A DNA stretch of 64,000 bases from NCBI GenBank assembly GCA_001642005.1, contig LWCA01000061.1, positions 1 to 64,000 on the forward strand, given 5' to 3'. The DNA comes from Intoshia linei (Eukaryota; Animalia; Orthonectida). The notes under the pieces were generated by a model. That model did not search any database and was not told where the DNA came from. It was given only the letters and a program-made list of their open reading frames with translations. Positions 1 to 13,317 of this stretch are shown here, piece after piece. The translations under genes and the position numbers were made by a program. The first letter of the stretch is position 1, and each line of letters opens with the position of its first letter.

Positions 1-670
1 AATTCCGATGTTAGAAGCATCTACTTGAACAATAGTGTCACTATATGGATCAAATGTTGAAATTATCACGTATTTACCTATGGCAGCTTTAATTTGTTCA
101 AATGATGTTTGACATCGGCTATCCCAGTTAAATGTAGAATCTTTTCTTATTAAGGAATACAATGGTTCACATATGATTAAAAAGTTCTTTACAAATTTGG
201 TATAGTAGTTACACATACATAAAAAACTACGTACTTCATGGACCGTAGTAGGTGGTTTCATCTTCAATAGACACGAAACTTTATCGGGATTAGCTTGGAC
301 ACCTTTATCTGATAAAATATGTCCAAATATTTTAATGCTTGTTTGAGAGATTAAACATTTATCTGTGATAAGTACAATATTATATTTTTTTATTCGCTGC
401 AATACGTCTTTGAGTATTTCATCGTGACGTCGGGTTGAATTAGCATGTATCAATATGTCATCAAGTATACATTCTATGCCCGGTATCCCGTCTAAAATGC
501 TATTCATAATTCGTTGAAACGCAGCCGGGGCTGACGCTAAACCGAAAGGTACTCTCTTATAATAAAATAGATTTATAGGCGTTGTAAAAGTTGTCAAATA
601 ACGTGATTTTTCACTAAGGTTCATTTGATGGTAGGCTTGTTTCAAGTCAATTTTTGAAAATATTTTACTA
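1..670 (-). mobile_element. Ty3/Gypsy LTR-retrotransposon pol fragment (RT into RNase H), inside an intron of the LCAT-like gene
   Basis: Minus-strand open frame reads KIFSKIDLKQAYHQ...TTFTTP...YKRVPFGLASAPAAFQRIM...GIECILDDILI...VRSFLCMCNYY...FNWD...VQVDASNIGI and runs off the window edge. Confidence 0.92.
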
Positions 671-976
671 TATGAGTATTATTTGATTTACGATCATGTG
701 ATTTACGATATTGTGAACGGACACGATATTAAAGATACGATCGAATCAAATGACTCATTATACATATATCATTTTAAAGGCAATATTCACATAAATATAG
801 TATGAAATAATTAGCTATGTATGTTAATTTAAATAAATTTAAAATTAAAATTAATTTTTGTTGACATACTTTTGATGCTGACTACATTCTACGACTTTTC
901 CATATAATGTGTACATTTAAATTTTGCACATTCTATACGACATATATAAAAACTTAATATATAATATTATAATAAC

Positions 977-3900
977 CTGTCATTAATGTGAACAACGCAT
1001 TTGGAGCTCCACCAAGGGGGCATGATACAAATATAACCTTGTTTATGTGTTTTTTTACAAGTTTTATGTTAATTACAGACATTGCATGCAATACCTGAAT
1101 GCAACCATATGAATGAGTCACAATATTGATTTTATCTCCAGTTTCAGTAACATTAATAAAATGGTTCATACTTTTTACTATCGATTCATCTATATAAAAA
1201 AAATTATTGATAGGAATCAAGTTATAATAACCAGGAAGTATACAAATTTTTTTCAATCCCTTCATCAATAGTATTCATTCAATAAATTGTCAATCTAAAT
1301 TGTCAAAACTCCAAATTACTCTTTTTTTGAATTAACTTAATTCTCAAAATTTTATAAAACATACATTCTGTGATAGTTTTTAAAAGCATAAATTCTATCA
1401 TAGATCACAACTTCAAAAAGTTGCACCTTAACGATCAAAACCCAGATTATACTTTTTTTAAAAATAATTTCCTAGAATTTATAAAAAATCGCCATTAATA
1501 CTTATTTCCAGTTAACATACAAAATTTTTTCAATCTCACGCACTGATACCTTCACGGTCAAAAAATATTTTTAGTATTGCTATTTTTCATTTCGTACCTA
1601 TTTTATTAAATTATATAAAATATTAAATGAATAATAGTCCTAGAATTAAATAAAAACATAATTCTGATACATCCTATTTAACTTGATATACATATATAAT
1701 AAATTATAATCGCAGAAGTCTACGCATTCCCGGTGAAAAATAACTTTTAATATATCATAGACAATATTTTTAAATGTTTGAATTAAACTTAAAAATCCAT
1801 CAATAATTTCAAAAAAAGTGGCAATTGCCTATACAATCCTAACTTATATAAAAGGCTACGCGATTTTTGTTTGTGTGTGTGTGACTTTAATGAAATAACT
1901 ACCTCTTAGAATTTTTTAAAGACCACATTTCAATTACAGTTTTTTCCGGGACGTATAATAAAATAAATTTCAACCTTCCAATTTCACATCTTATAAGTCA
2001 AAAACCCCTGTTGTCCTTCTTTTTGAAAATCAAACGAGTTGGAGAATTTAAAAAATATATACGCTGATAAAATCATAAACATTACCATAAATTTAAATTT
2101 AAAAAATTATATCTTCAGAGCCAAAACCCAAATTACCTTTCTTTTTTAAATGAAAACAGCTCTAGAATTTCAAAAAATTTACAGGTTGTACAGTTGTATC
2201 CTGTTAACACACACATAAAATTTCAATCCGAATAAGTGACAACTCATTCACGGTCACGGTCAAAAAAACATTTTAGTATTCATATATTTTCTTTCGAAAT
2301 TTTATTAAAACAAAAAATGTGAAATAATTAACGGTCCGAAAATTAAAAAAAAAGATTATTCTGATAGAGCTTATTCTAGTTGATATAAATACCAAATTTT
2401 AACCCCAAAAATCTACGTATTCCCGGTGAAAAATAATTTTAAATATATTATGAACCAATGTTTTTCAAATATATCGATTAAAATTAGAAATTAAAAATGT
2501 AAATAATCATTCTATAATTTAAAAAATATGTGCATTGTACGTCTACTCATTTCCAATAGACATATGGGTGAAAATCTATATACAGTGAGGCCTCTCAATA
2601 TCGCCAACTCTCAATACCGCCATAAATTTAACTTAAATTGGAACAAAAATATGGTAGCACTAGTTTACCATAAATTATTTTTACCTCCAAGTGTTACCAG
2701 TATTCTTCAACTACTCGATCAAGGAATAATTAACTCATTTAAGGTAAAATTTAATAAGAAAAAACTTTATGGGATCATCAACCAAATTGAACAGGAGTTA
2801 ATACATACATAGCATACAAGAGTTTCAATGTAAACGATGTCATTATTTATTGACAAATGGCATGGAGTGATGTAAAACAGGAAACGATAGTGAACTGTTT
2901 TAAAAAAGCGTTTAGTGTGGACGAAAATATTCCCATCGAAAATAAACCTAAGGTAATAGATTCTAATTTCACCAAACTGATTCCTTAAATGTGTATGTTA
3001 TTGAAGGCATGGATATGCTTAGTAAACCATTAATGTTAGATGGAAAGAGGATATAAGGGATTATTTTAAAATATAAAATTATTTACAATTCTTAGTTGTA
3101 TGTATTCTTAAGATAATAATTATATATTATTCATAGTATATTAATTTTATTTTATTATATTATTTTGGTTCGTTGAATTATCGTTTTTTCGTTATTTTAC
3201 GTTACATATTTATGTTTATTGTTTAACCGTTCCTATATTATTTTTAAAATGCTTTACCCAAATGTTAAAAAACAAAAAATTAAGATGTAATAATTTACTT
3301 TATAGTAAAAAGTAATGTGATATGGTGGTTCTACCTGAAACAAATTTGGGAACCACTCTTTTAAAAGATGGATAATAGTGAATAGTAGGATTTTTAAGTT
3401 AGATTTTCAACATGAATTTATTTTTTTGATATAATAAAAATTGCCTTCAGCAGAGCTAGGTGCTGTTTGTACGTAGTACATTACAGTCAAGCTAGTATAT
3501 ATATAAAACTGATATCAATTACTCGGATAAAATCTAAAGTCGTATGGTAATCCAAACATATTTACTTTATTTTTATACCCACTTCTAATCAACATGTCAA
3601 TAAATTTCTTGAATATTGGCTCTAAATAAAATATACGATATATATGCTTATTCCCTCAATCTCCATATCGGTGGTTCCCAAACTTTGTATTGTTGCGGCG
3701 CAATCCATATTAATGAAAGATTTGACGGCGTACCCAATATGTAAAAAAATTTCTTAAAACTTAAAAAATTGACGCGAAAAATTTGACTGGGTTTTGCTGG
3801 AATAGTCCCCAAAAAAAGTGAACTTATAGTGGAAATGTTAAAAAATGTTAAATGTTTAAATATTATCAAAATGACATCAAAACGTATGGTGATTTGTTGT

Positions 3901-6119
3901 ACGTTGAAATTATAAATTAAGGTCAATAACAAAAAACAAATATTAATTCAGGTATGAATCATATTTTTCAGACTCACTTATTTATTTGGTCAACTTTTCT
4001 CTTTAATAAAGATTAAATGGGGTAAACGTTTAAAAACGTTGATAATTTTGAAAAAAATATTAATTTGATCTTAATATATCTTAGATTTCTACAAATCATG
4101 TATTCATATATCAGTTTGCTACATTACCGTATTTTGTGTCTGAGTCAATATAGCAAATTTGATGCACACTATAATTTCCTAATTTAATATGTGATTGTGA
4201 ATAATTATATTTATATCCATGATAAATACTATTTGAGTAATGCAATCTAAATAATCAACCTTTACTATACACTTTTCCGATTTATTTTTAAAAAGCTGAC
4301 ATTCAAATTAAAAAAACTGATATTCGAATTTTAATGCTAATTTTTTTTAATTTGAATCAAAAAAGTCAATTTAATTTATTTATTTACATTAATTTACTTA
4401 ATTTTGAAATAATATTAGACTTTCAAAATACAGAAATTAACTTACTGTAGAGATTTTATGAGATATCCAGACATTCCATAAACAACTGTACTGAAATTTG
4501 GTTTTATTGGCCACTGGACACATTCCCTTGAAGTATAATTTACACGGCAGGAATAATACATTTTTGATCCACCAAAACCAGGAACTAAATGATTATACAA
4601 AAATGATATGTACAGATGGGCCTAGCTAATTTTATTCTTCAAAAGTCAATAAATTTTCAAATACCATATTCACAAGTTGTGAATCAATACCAGTGTCGGA
4701 TCTAGGATTTTCAGATAAGGGGGAAAAATAATTATTAGGGGACAAACTCATATAATGTATTTAAATTAAAATTTTTGTATTATGTTAATGTATTTCTATC
4801 CATAATAATTTATATTTTTTTTCTAATTTTTATTCTACAAAATTTTTCAAAAATTGCATCAAAATCGACAAGTTCTCTTTCGATTATCCATAACGTTAAG
4901 TCCCATAATTTAACTTAAATTGCTGTTACTAGTATAACAAATAATACATATATTAATAACGACGTCCATTCTCTGGAGCGACATTCATTTGAGCGATGTA
5001 TTTATTGGAGTGATACATCTTAGACTCTAAGATTTAAACTAAGTCTGTACCACCTGTAATTTTTTTAATTCTAGCGCTGTTTTCATAAAAAAAAGTGTAA
5101 TTTGGGGTTTTGGTACTGAAGATATATTTTTTTTAAATTTAAATTTATGATAATATTTATGATTTTAAAATCCGTATCAGAGTGCATATTTTTTTAAATT
5201 TTCGAAATTGTTTGATTTTCAAAAAAAAGGACAATTAGTTTTTTGACCCGTAAGATGTGAGTTTGGGAAGTTAAAATTTATTTTGCTAACACCCCGCAAA
5301 AAACTGTAATTTAAATGTGGACTTTTTAAATTCTAAGACTAAAACTAAACGATAACACACACAGACAAACAAATCATATTATGTAAATATACATTTTTTA
5401 TATATTCCTCTTGATTTCGTTCAATATAGTTGAATTCTGTTAATAATTTAGTAATATGTAACGCAAAGGTTTACCGTTTCCAATCATATATAATACTCCA
5501 CATATCTATTTTATTTAGCACTTCTGTGATCTTCAAATATGTCAATTTTTGACACTTTTTCGAAATTTAGGCCTATTTTAAAAACAACCTGAACGAGATA
5601 CAGAAAAACTGATTATACCATCTTGTTGAAAATAAAAATCTCATTCAGGTGCACTAAATTTTACTCTTGCATTCAAAAAAAGTTGTTATTTTGTTGGACT
5701 GTGTAATCATTATATACATACAACGTAACAATGAAAATAAACATAATTCAATAAACCCAATTTGATGGGTCTTATAAATTTTTTAAATTTTACACAATGT
5801 TAATACACAAATAAAAATATTTTAGTGACACATTTTCATGCCAGGGCAGCCGCACCCTACCGCTGCACCCACCTAGATCCGCTATTGATCACAACCCTGC
5901 AATTCAACAACCATAAATAATATAATTACCTAATATGACAGTAGTATTGCTTTGGCTTACTTTTAGGTATTCTAGTACATGTATGTAATTATATAATTAT
6001 TAATACCAATTACCTCGAATGTTCATTAAAACTAGGACGCATGAGAAAAACAGTAATGTTATAAGACTGCAGACATATAAAACAATGTTATTTTTTTGTT
6101 CTTTATTTTCTTGCATCAT
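977..6119 (-). CDS. LCAT / lysosomal phospholipase A2 (PLA2G15)-like alpha/beta-hydrolase, 5' part. Exons 6119-6014, 5971-5930, 4584-4446, 4246-4128, 3621-3523, 1189-977; continues beyond position 1
   Basis: GT-AG introns with matching phases. Spliced protein has an N-terminal hydrophobic anchor, TTVIL-VPGFGGS, SGY...MFGLPYDFRFYP, nucleophile motif IVTHSYG and SCPLGGAP, in canonical LCAT-family order. Confidence 0.88.
1290..1830 (+). repeat. Internal fragment of the non-autonomous Helitron family
   Basis: Shares core motifs (cttcacggtcaaaaa; tctacgcattcccggtgaaaaataa) with the full copies. Confidence 0.75.
1837..3495 (+). mobile_element. Non-autonomous Helitron (5' subfamily A), carrying a pogo fragment
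   Basis: A|TCCTAACTTATATAAA 5' end; 3' hairpin CTGTTTGTAC-GTA-GTACATTACAG followed by CTAG|T; no TSD. Confidence 0.82.
2583..2950 (+). mobile_element. pogo/Tigger DNA transposon remnant (left TIR + DDE fragment)
   Basis: TA|CAGTGAGGCCTCTCAATA terminus; peptide FLPPSVTSILQLLDQGIINSFK matches the pogo LPPNxTSxLQPLDQGII motif. Confidence 0.85.
4691..5887. mobile_element. hAT-type MITE (CAGTGGCGGATCTAGG family) with a nested minus-strand Helitron fragment (~5040-5400)
   Basis: TIRs CAGTGTCGGATCTAGG / CCTAGATCCGCTATTG; imperfect 8-bp flanks ATCAATAC/ATCACAAC; homologous to 20926-21358 and to an end at ~9732. Confidence 0.75.
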
Positions 6120-6477
6120 GTTTTGTATATTTAAAGAAAATGAAACATTTTATGTTATGTAAATATCGTTAAATATTCTAATAAAATTTTTTTATATAAT
6201 CCGGTAAAATCAATATGAGCGAACATTCAATTGAACGATGAATCCTAGACTTTGAGACCTAGAATCTAACATAGTGTTTCTCAAGAGGTGCGCCCCGAGG
6301 CAATAGTGTGCCTCAGAAAATTTAAGTATACCTAACGAAAAATTGAAAGCGATCTATAAACCATTTCGTAAAGGGTCAATTACATGAGATTTTTTTGTTT
6401 GTTGTACCAAAACAACACTTTTTCAAATTTGCAGCTTTTTCATAAAAAATCTTATACATTGTACTACATACATTGTA

Positions 6478-6960
6478 CAGGGTGGGCCGTAAGTCGCTGT
6501 TTCCATCTATGTGATTGCACCTACGAATTATCTGCTGGCGAAGATGGTCGACATCTTCAATTCTTGTAGAGTACACTATTTGTTGGAGGTGGCCCCAAAA
6601 ATAAAAATCTATTTAGGTCAAGTCAGGGGACCTTGGTGCCCATTCTACGGTGCCTCTTCGTACAATCGTTGCGTAATTAAGCGGGGCGTTATCTTGCATA
6701 AACCAAAGGGGTTTTCTTTCACCGATGCGATCCATCTGTGGTATGAGATCATTTTGTAGCATTTTTAAGTACACCTCGCCGGTCACTGTCTTGTTGAAAA
6801 AGAATGGGCCCAAAACATGACTCCTCCAAAGTCCTCCAAAGTTATAGTAACAGATACATACAAAAAATGTTTCATTAATCTATAAAAGAACATGTATTTT
6901 ATACCCAAGGAGAGGAAAACTTCACCTAATTCTTTGGTGCGCGACTTATGACCTACTCTG
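6478..6960 (-). mobile_element. Internally deleted Tc1/mariner-superfamily element (Tc3/rosa-like)
   Basis: TA-flanked TIRs CAGGGTGGGCCGTAAGTCGC / GCGACTTATGACCTACTCTG; peptides GPFFF..TVTGEVY, WFMQDNAP, WAPRSPDLT*IDFYFWG. Confidence 0.88.
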
Positions 6961-7815
6961 TATAATAAAAATTTTCAGTAAACGTCCAACAAATATGAAA
7001 TTTTTATTGTTTTGTTATTTACGTGGTGGTCCATTAATTTTTAATTGCTTCCTAGCAAACCCCAATATCAACCTACCATATCAAATAATACAATTGTTAC
7101 AATTGAATTTGATTGCCTCAGCCAATAATAAAATTAGGTTAACCTGATAAATGATTTATGAACTTGCACTTTAAATTATGATAATCTTTTGTAATATTTA
7201 TTGTAATATAATAATGAATGAAATTGGTTCATTAAATGAAAACATTAGTAATTGGTCAATTTGAAAGTTGTTGAAAAGTACCTGCTACTATTGATTATAA
7301 TTGTTAAAATAATTTCAAGTAGTTAATAATTTATTGGCAATTTAAAGAAAAATTAATTACCACTTAACTAGCCATGAAAACGTTTTTAATGAAGCATCAC
7401 TGATTGATTTATCATATTTGAAATATTAAGGTAATTTTTAAAAAAATATAAAAAACTTGTCATGATATCTAAAACAACGGCTCTCATTCCAAAAATAAGA
7501 TTAAAAAATTAAACTATATTTTATTTAATCAATATATCGACATGTAATGTAACGTTAAAATGATTATTCAAATTTTAATTATGAATGAAAATTTAAAATT
7601 TAACGAAATATTCGATTTATATTTCAATGCTTTCTATTTTGGGTACATGTTATTAGATTAACTATTTAGTAAATGTCAGTATTTGACATAGTTAACATTT
7701 ATATAATGATTAATGAAGGAGAGTCGTTAAATTATCATTAATAAATGTGTACACAATTTAAACCCAAGTGTACAAAGTGTTTTTTCAAAAATATATAACT
7801 CTAGTGTAGATTTAA

Positions 7816-10800
7816 ATGGACCAAGATAATTCAGAATTAATTTCTAATAATGGTTCATTTTCTAAGGAATTATCTACCCATGACAGCACTTGTCTCGATA
7901 TAAATGAAAATGACGAAAAATTCCATTTGCTTTCCAATTCAAATATTAAACAGCCTTCATTTAAAAATAGACTGATACGTGCTTACAAAAAATTAATCAT
8001 TATCAGCTCTGAACTGACATTTTTCTTATTCAAAGTTGCATCTTCCATGTATGATCCAACCGTTCGCCTATCTGCTTATGACAAGGTTTGCGTGTATGAT
8101 TTTAATATTGATAGGGATATTTGCAATTCTCATGTCACCAATCATTTTTCAAATTCCTTCAAAAAGGTTCTCAATCGCGATGTTCAAAAATTGGCAGCAT
8201 GGCATAATTTTATTTATCGCATGCTGGTTAATTTACCAGCCATTGTTATATCCTTGTTTACTGGACCATGGAGCGATAAGGTAAATTTAAATTCATTGTA
8301 AAGTTAAAATTTAGCTGAATGCATGTATGGTTCCTGGTATAGTGCAGTGATTCCTAACCTATGGGTATTTACCCACGAGTGGGTAATTTGATATTTTTCA
8401 AAGGAAATAAACAAAATTAGTTTTTAAAAAATGGGAATTTTTTTATTTTTTTTCCGTCGCATGCAATGACGTATTATATAGTAGTCATATAATAAATGAA
8501 TATCGCTACGTACATATAACATTGAATATCTTTGTGTGTTACAGTTCATTTATAAAATTACCAGTCGTAAAATTTAATAAAAGTCAATATCTAATGCAGA
8601 TTTTCGCAGGTATCATGAATGGCAACCTCAAAAAAGTGCATTTTCATAATAAAAACTCCAGATTATCCTTTTATTAAAAAATAAAAATAGTTATAGAATT
8701 TTTTAAAAAAATTACAGTTGATACAGTTATATCTAGTTAACACACGCAAAAAACTTGAATCTGAAAAAGTGACGCCTTCACGACCAAAAAAGCACTTTAT
8801 TATTAATTTTTTTATCTGGAAACTATTTTATTATCAAAAAAGTCATATTTTGATTATACGTGACAAAAAATAATAAATGGTTTTTATCTTATCTTAAGCC
8901 GATATGTTCCAGAAAGTTAAAAATACAGATTCAAAGTAACATAATAATGGCATATTTTGAGCTCTGAGCAATTCTGCTAATAAGCTGATTCAATTGATCC
9001 TGAAAAATGTCTTTAATTCGACTACATACTGTATCATTTAAGAGAGGTATTTTCCTTAAATTTTCACCGGATTTCATATCATACAATGCATTTTTTTTCA
9101 TAATTATTAAAGTTGAAGGTAAAATCAATTTTCACCAATAGTAAAAAGCATGTTTTCTTTTGCAATAAGATATTTCATCAAATATTTTTCATCAAGTAAA
9201 ACGTGTTTTTTTAAATAATAAAATTTTGATTAACTATTACACGGTGTAACAAAATGAAACTTTTTTTGAAGATTTTAAAAAATATGAAATAATTAACGGT
9301 CCGAAAATTAAAAAAAGAAGATTATTCTGATAGAGCTTATTCGAGTTGTTATAAATACAAAATTTCAACCCCAGAAATTGACGTATTTCCGGTGAAAAAT
9401 AATTTTTAATTTATTATCAACCAATATTTTTTAAATATTTCGATTAAAATAAAAATTGAAAATGTAAATTTGATCCTACAATTTTAAAAATAAAGTGTAT
9501 TGAACGTTACAAATTTCCAATAAAGAAATATACACCGCAGATGTTATTTTTATTGCATTTCTCATGCATGGTGTAATCATTCAGCGAGCTAGGGGAGCAG
9601 TGCCTGCAACGAAATGATATAGTTAATATCGAATTATCTGATTATGCCTCTTTAAAATACATTATTAACATGACAAAAGAGTCATTTATTATTAATGTAA
9701 CGAATTTAATATAAATGAGGATTAATAAGACCAGTAGCAGATCTAGGTGGGTGCAGGGGTGGCCGCCCCCTGGCGTTACAAATGTGGAAAATAAGTATTT
9801 TAATTTGTGTAATAACATTGTGAAAAATTAACAAATTTTTCTAGTACCCATTATTTAGACTGACCATATTTTTGTCGTACTAAAAGTAGTACTTTTATTG
9901 CTTATAAACAAAATATGTTTTTGATTAATTTTTGATTAGAAAAATTAACATTTAAGTTAAAGTTCAATTAATAAGTTTATTTAGTTGTGAAAAGTACGTC
10001 GAAAGTACGATTTTGGAACAATGAAAAATGTCGTACTTCTGGTCGCACTACATTATTTACGTTTTATGTATATAAGGATAATTTATCATTAATCTAATTA
10101 TCAATTTAAATATATTATAATATGTATGCTTTTGGCACACTAATAATTATAATTTTTTTTAGGGGACTTTAAAAAAATATATTACTAAAAAGGGGCGGTA
10201 GACAAAATTGAGTTTGTGAACCCCTGCTTTAAATCATTAAGACATTTTACATGCAATCTCCTAGTTTGAATATTAATATATAATGTTTTTAAATTTAGAT
10301 TGGACGACAAATACCTCTAATGGGCAGTATAACTGGACATATATTAGCAATGCTCGTGTTCATAATTTCACTATTTGCCAAATCATATTATATGGTATTT
10401 TTTTCTTTGGCAAGTTTTATAATTGGAATATCAGGACGATCTTCAATAACGACATTTTCAGTATATAGTCACGTTTCCGATAATACATCCGTCAACACTC
10501 GAACATTTCGAATTGGAATGCTGTCTGGGTGTGGTTACATGGGACTATGCATTGGATCTCTTTTAGTAGCATTATTATCTCCTTACATTGCCGTCTATTA
10601 TATACTTGCCATTGTTATATTTTTTTTAATACTATGTTTGCTAACGGTATCGTTTTTTCTGGTACCATATGTCGGAGAAAATGATACACGGATAGAAATG
10701 AAACAATATGACGCTCTAAATGAAAATAAAGATGATTTCGAAAAGAAGTTAAATGTTTTAACAAAAGGAGAAAGTAGTAACGAACAGTTTTATTATGCCT

Positions 10801-11522
10801 GGTGGAATTTTAAAAAGAGAGTAAAAGAAAAACCAGATCAAGATACAAAAATTTCTGAAAATTGTAAAAGAACCGCAACCAGTGTAATGACACTTTTCAA
10901 AAAACGTGAAAACTATCAACGGCTTTATCTCAACTTTTTGATCATTTTTGTTTTTTTACATCAAGCCTCAAAAGCATATCATATTGATGCATTGTTAATG
11001 ATTACTAAAAGCGAACCTTTTTTCTTTACTACGGCCCAATTTGGATACCTATTATGTATCACTTATATAATATTTGGGTTGGGTGCTCTTGTTTTGACAC
11101 CATTATTTACAAAAGTATTAATGTTAAATGATGTGGTATTGCTTAGTTTTGGTTGTATGGCTAATTTTGTACGATTTTTGTGTTTGACTCTTTCAAAAGA
11201 AGTTTGGATGATTTACGCCAGTGAGTGTATCATTGGTGGGTCCCTAGTAATTGCAGCCTTAAAATCAATTTTGTCTAAACAAATTTCCGCGTCTGAATAT
11301 GGATCAATATTTAGTATTGTAAGTGCAATGGAAACTGTGGGAAACCTGATGGGTTCAGTTATTTTTGCAACCATATACACTCTGATGCTCAAAAACGACA
11401 TTTTGATTACACTGTGTTTTACATTCGAAATTTGTAGCTACTTTTTTATTCTCACCACCTCACTTACATTGCATTTTTTAATCAAATACAAAACAAAAAT
11501 TAATAAACAATGTAATATTTAA
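7816..11522 (+). CDS. SLC46 / proton-coupled folate transporter-like MFS transporter; exons 7816-8280 and 10299-11522 (562 aa)
   Basis: Phase-0 splice rebuilds MFS motif A (GPWSDK|IGRQIP); Cys pair in first loop (DKVC...DIC); VSDNT..RTFR; KSILSK...EYGSIFSI; about 12 hydrophobic segments. Confidence 0.9.
8931..9180 (-). mobile_element. hAT (Buster/Charlie, ZBED5-like) transposase fragment in the SLC46 intron
   Basis: Frameshifted peptide TIGE/LILP...KIPLLNDTVCSRIKDI; hAT-like terminus CAGTGATTCCTAACC at ~8346. Confidence 0.8.
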
Positions 11523-12505
11523 TTAAAATACATGATAGCGTGTCGAATTTCCAACAACATTTGGCCACCTCTAATATTGTAAGGATTGATGTAAGTTGTT
11601 TCGATGCGGTTCCCCACAAATTCAATATATTCCTTTTTTACGTCGTTGAAATTGATATTTATACAGAATTTCATTTCTTTGTATATTGTCACAGGTATTT
11701 TACAGGTTGTGTCGTTTGTGTAAATTATGTAGTTTTGGTTAATTCCTCTCGATTTTTTTGTAACTAATTTTCGCATTTCAAATATTTCGGCTTCTGTATC
11801 TGCCCAAATGTGTTTGTTTTCCACTAGACTTACATTTAAAATAACTTGCTGTGTTCCTTCTTCGTGTTCAAAACATAAATTCTTGACATTGTTCTTGTCC
11901 GTCAACTAATTTTACTATGAAATAAAAAAGTACAATATAAAGATACATTTTAAAATGAATATTGAGTAAAACCAATATGTCGACAAACTTTTATAAATTT
12001 AAAACTTTATAACACTGAAATATTTGGTGTTCATTTCTATTCATAATATTGATACATAATGTATCTGTAGTTCAATACATTATAATTGTCACATATTGAT
12101 GTTTCATTAATTGAAGGAATTGACATTTATCAAAGAATGTATTTTGCTTATTTACTTTATTAAATTTTTATATTTAACATTTCCTTAATTTTACCAAACT
12201 CTTTTTTGAAAAATTTATGCCGTTGAGGCAGAGTCGAAGCTATTATGTTTAAACTCCGAAAAGCATAATTCGTCTTCGAAAATTCTTTGCAAACTATTAG
12301 TGATGCAATATAACCCTAGAAACCACTCCACCGATCGGTACTTGATAATTTCAAATTAACACATTAAATCTTTATGATTTTCAAAAATAAAATTATTTCT
12401 AAAAATGAGGCCTTTACAAAATGTTTACAAAATTTTCATCGATACCTCGTGGAGGGTCTCGATACTGTAAATTCGTCTTTTTGTTGCGGACAATTGGAGA
12501 ACTAT
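11519..12505 (-). CDS. Putative multi-exon gene of unknown function (3' part); possible exons 12505-12446, 12315-12195, 12064-12006, 11905-11519
   Basis: 128-codon stop-free terminal exon preceded by TAG acceptor at 11906-11907; upstream segments join in phase via GT-AG. No recognisable domain and no start codon located. Confidence 0.45.
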
Positions 12506-12622
12506 CTAGCTGGTTAAATAAAATACTATATGAATTCATCGTGAAAGATAAATCAGCTTTTTAGAAGAGACCAAAAATTAAAAAATATACTTTTTTCTGG
12601 TGCCCATATTTAAAATATAATA

Positions 12623-13317
12623 CAGTGAAATCCGGTTATAAGAGACGTCCGGATATAAGGGACAAAAAGCTAGGAACGGAATCAAACGCTTGTTTTGTAT
12701 ATAAATCACAGACGGATATAAGGGACAAAAATCCGCTTATAGTGTTCAGGCAATTTGTTTTTTAAAATGAATATTCAAAATTTTTTTAAAATAAATTATT
12801 ACATTTTTGAAACCTTAACATTTTGACTAATTGTTTTAATAATAAAGTTTAACCTCTAAAATGGCGTTAAACAGAAAATCACTAATATTAGAAGAAAAAT
12901 TTGATTTTTTTAGTTTTATTGCTGTAATAAAAAATAATTAAGTATGTTATATAGAATGTGTAAAACTGTGATCAAAAAAATCTTAAAAACCCCCCTTGAA
13001 AGTTTGGTTCAAAAAAAATTTCCTAAAAGCCCCTTTTGTGAAAGTTTGATTCAAAAAAATTTCTTAAAAACCCCCCTTAAAATTTTGGTTCAAAAAAAAT
13101 TACTAAAACCTAAAATTAAACTAAAGTATAAATGAAAGTTTTACATATTCTACGATTAACCCATAAAATGTGTACATTGCACAGTTTTACACGTTCTATA
13201 CGACATATATATTACTTAACATTTTATTTATTTATGATTTTTCGGATATAATAGACGTCCGGTTATAAGGGACAAATTGCTTGGTCCCGATGCGTCTCTT
13301 ATAAGCGGATTCCACTG
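12623..13317 (+). mobile_element. pogo/Tigger-derived MITE
   Basis: TA-flanked TIRs CAGTGAAATCCGGTTATAAGAGACG / CGTCTCTTATAAGCGGATTCCACTG; subterminal repeats; residual N-terminus MALNRKSLILEEKF. Confidence 0.9.
12943..13207. mobile_element. Nested MITE containing a ~38-41 bp minisatellite (about 4 units)
   Basis: Inverted ends TATGTTATATAGAATGTGTAAAACTGTG / CACAGTTTTACACGTTCTATACGACATA; same right end at ~885-945. Confidence 0.75.

Noticed and set aside
954-1294. LCAT-like exon appearing frameshifted (pseudogene)
   Set aside because: Using the acceptor at 1190-1191 and the exon at 3621-3523 gives an intact frame
12195-12505. Alternative frame YRDPPRGLYCITN..LQRIF..LCF resembling a caspase p20 start
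   Set aside because: The frame stops shortly after, with no His-Gly or QACRG motif
12970-13110. Regularly spaced ~40-bp repeats (also ~24570-24760 and 55350-55560) as a CRISPR-like array
   Set aside because: Units are degenerate tandem copies without unique spacers, at least two arrays lie inside MITEs, the context is eukaryotic, and there are no cas genes
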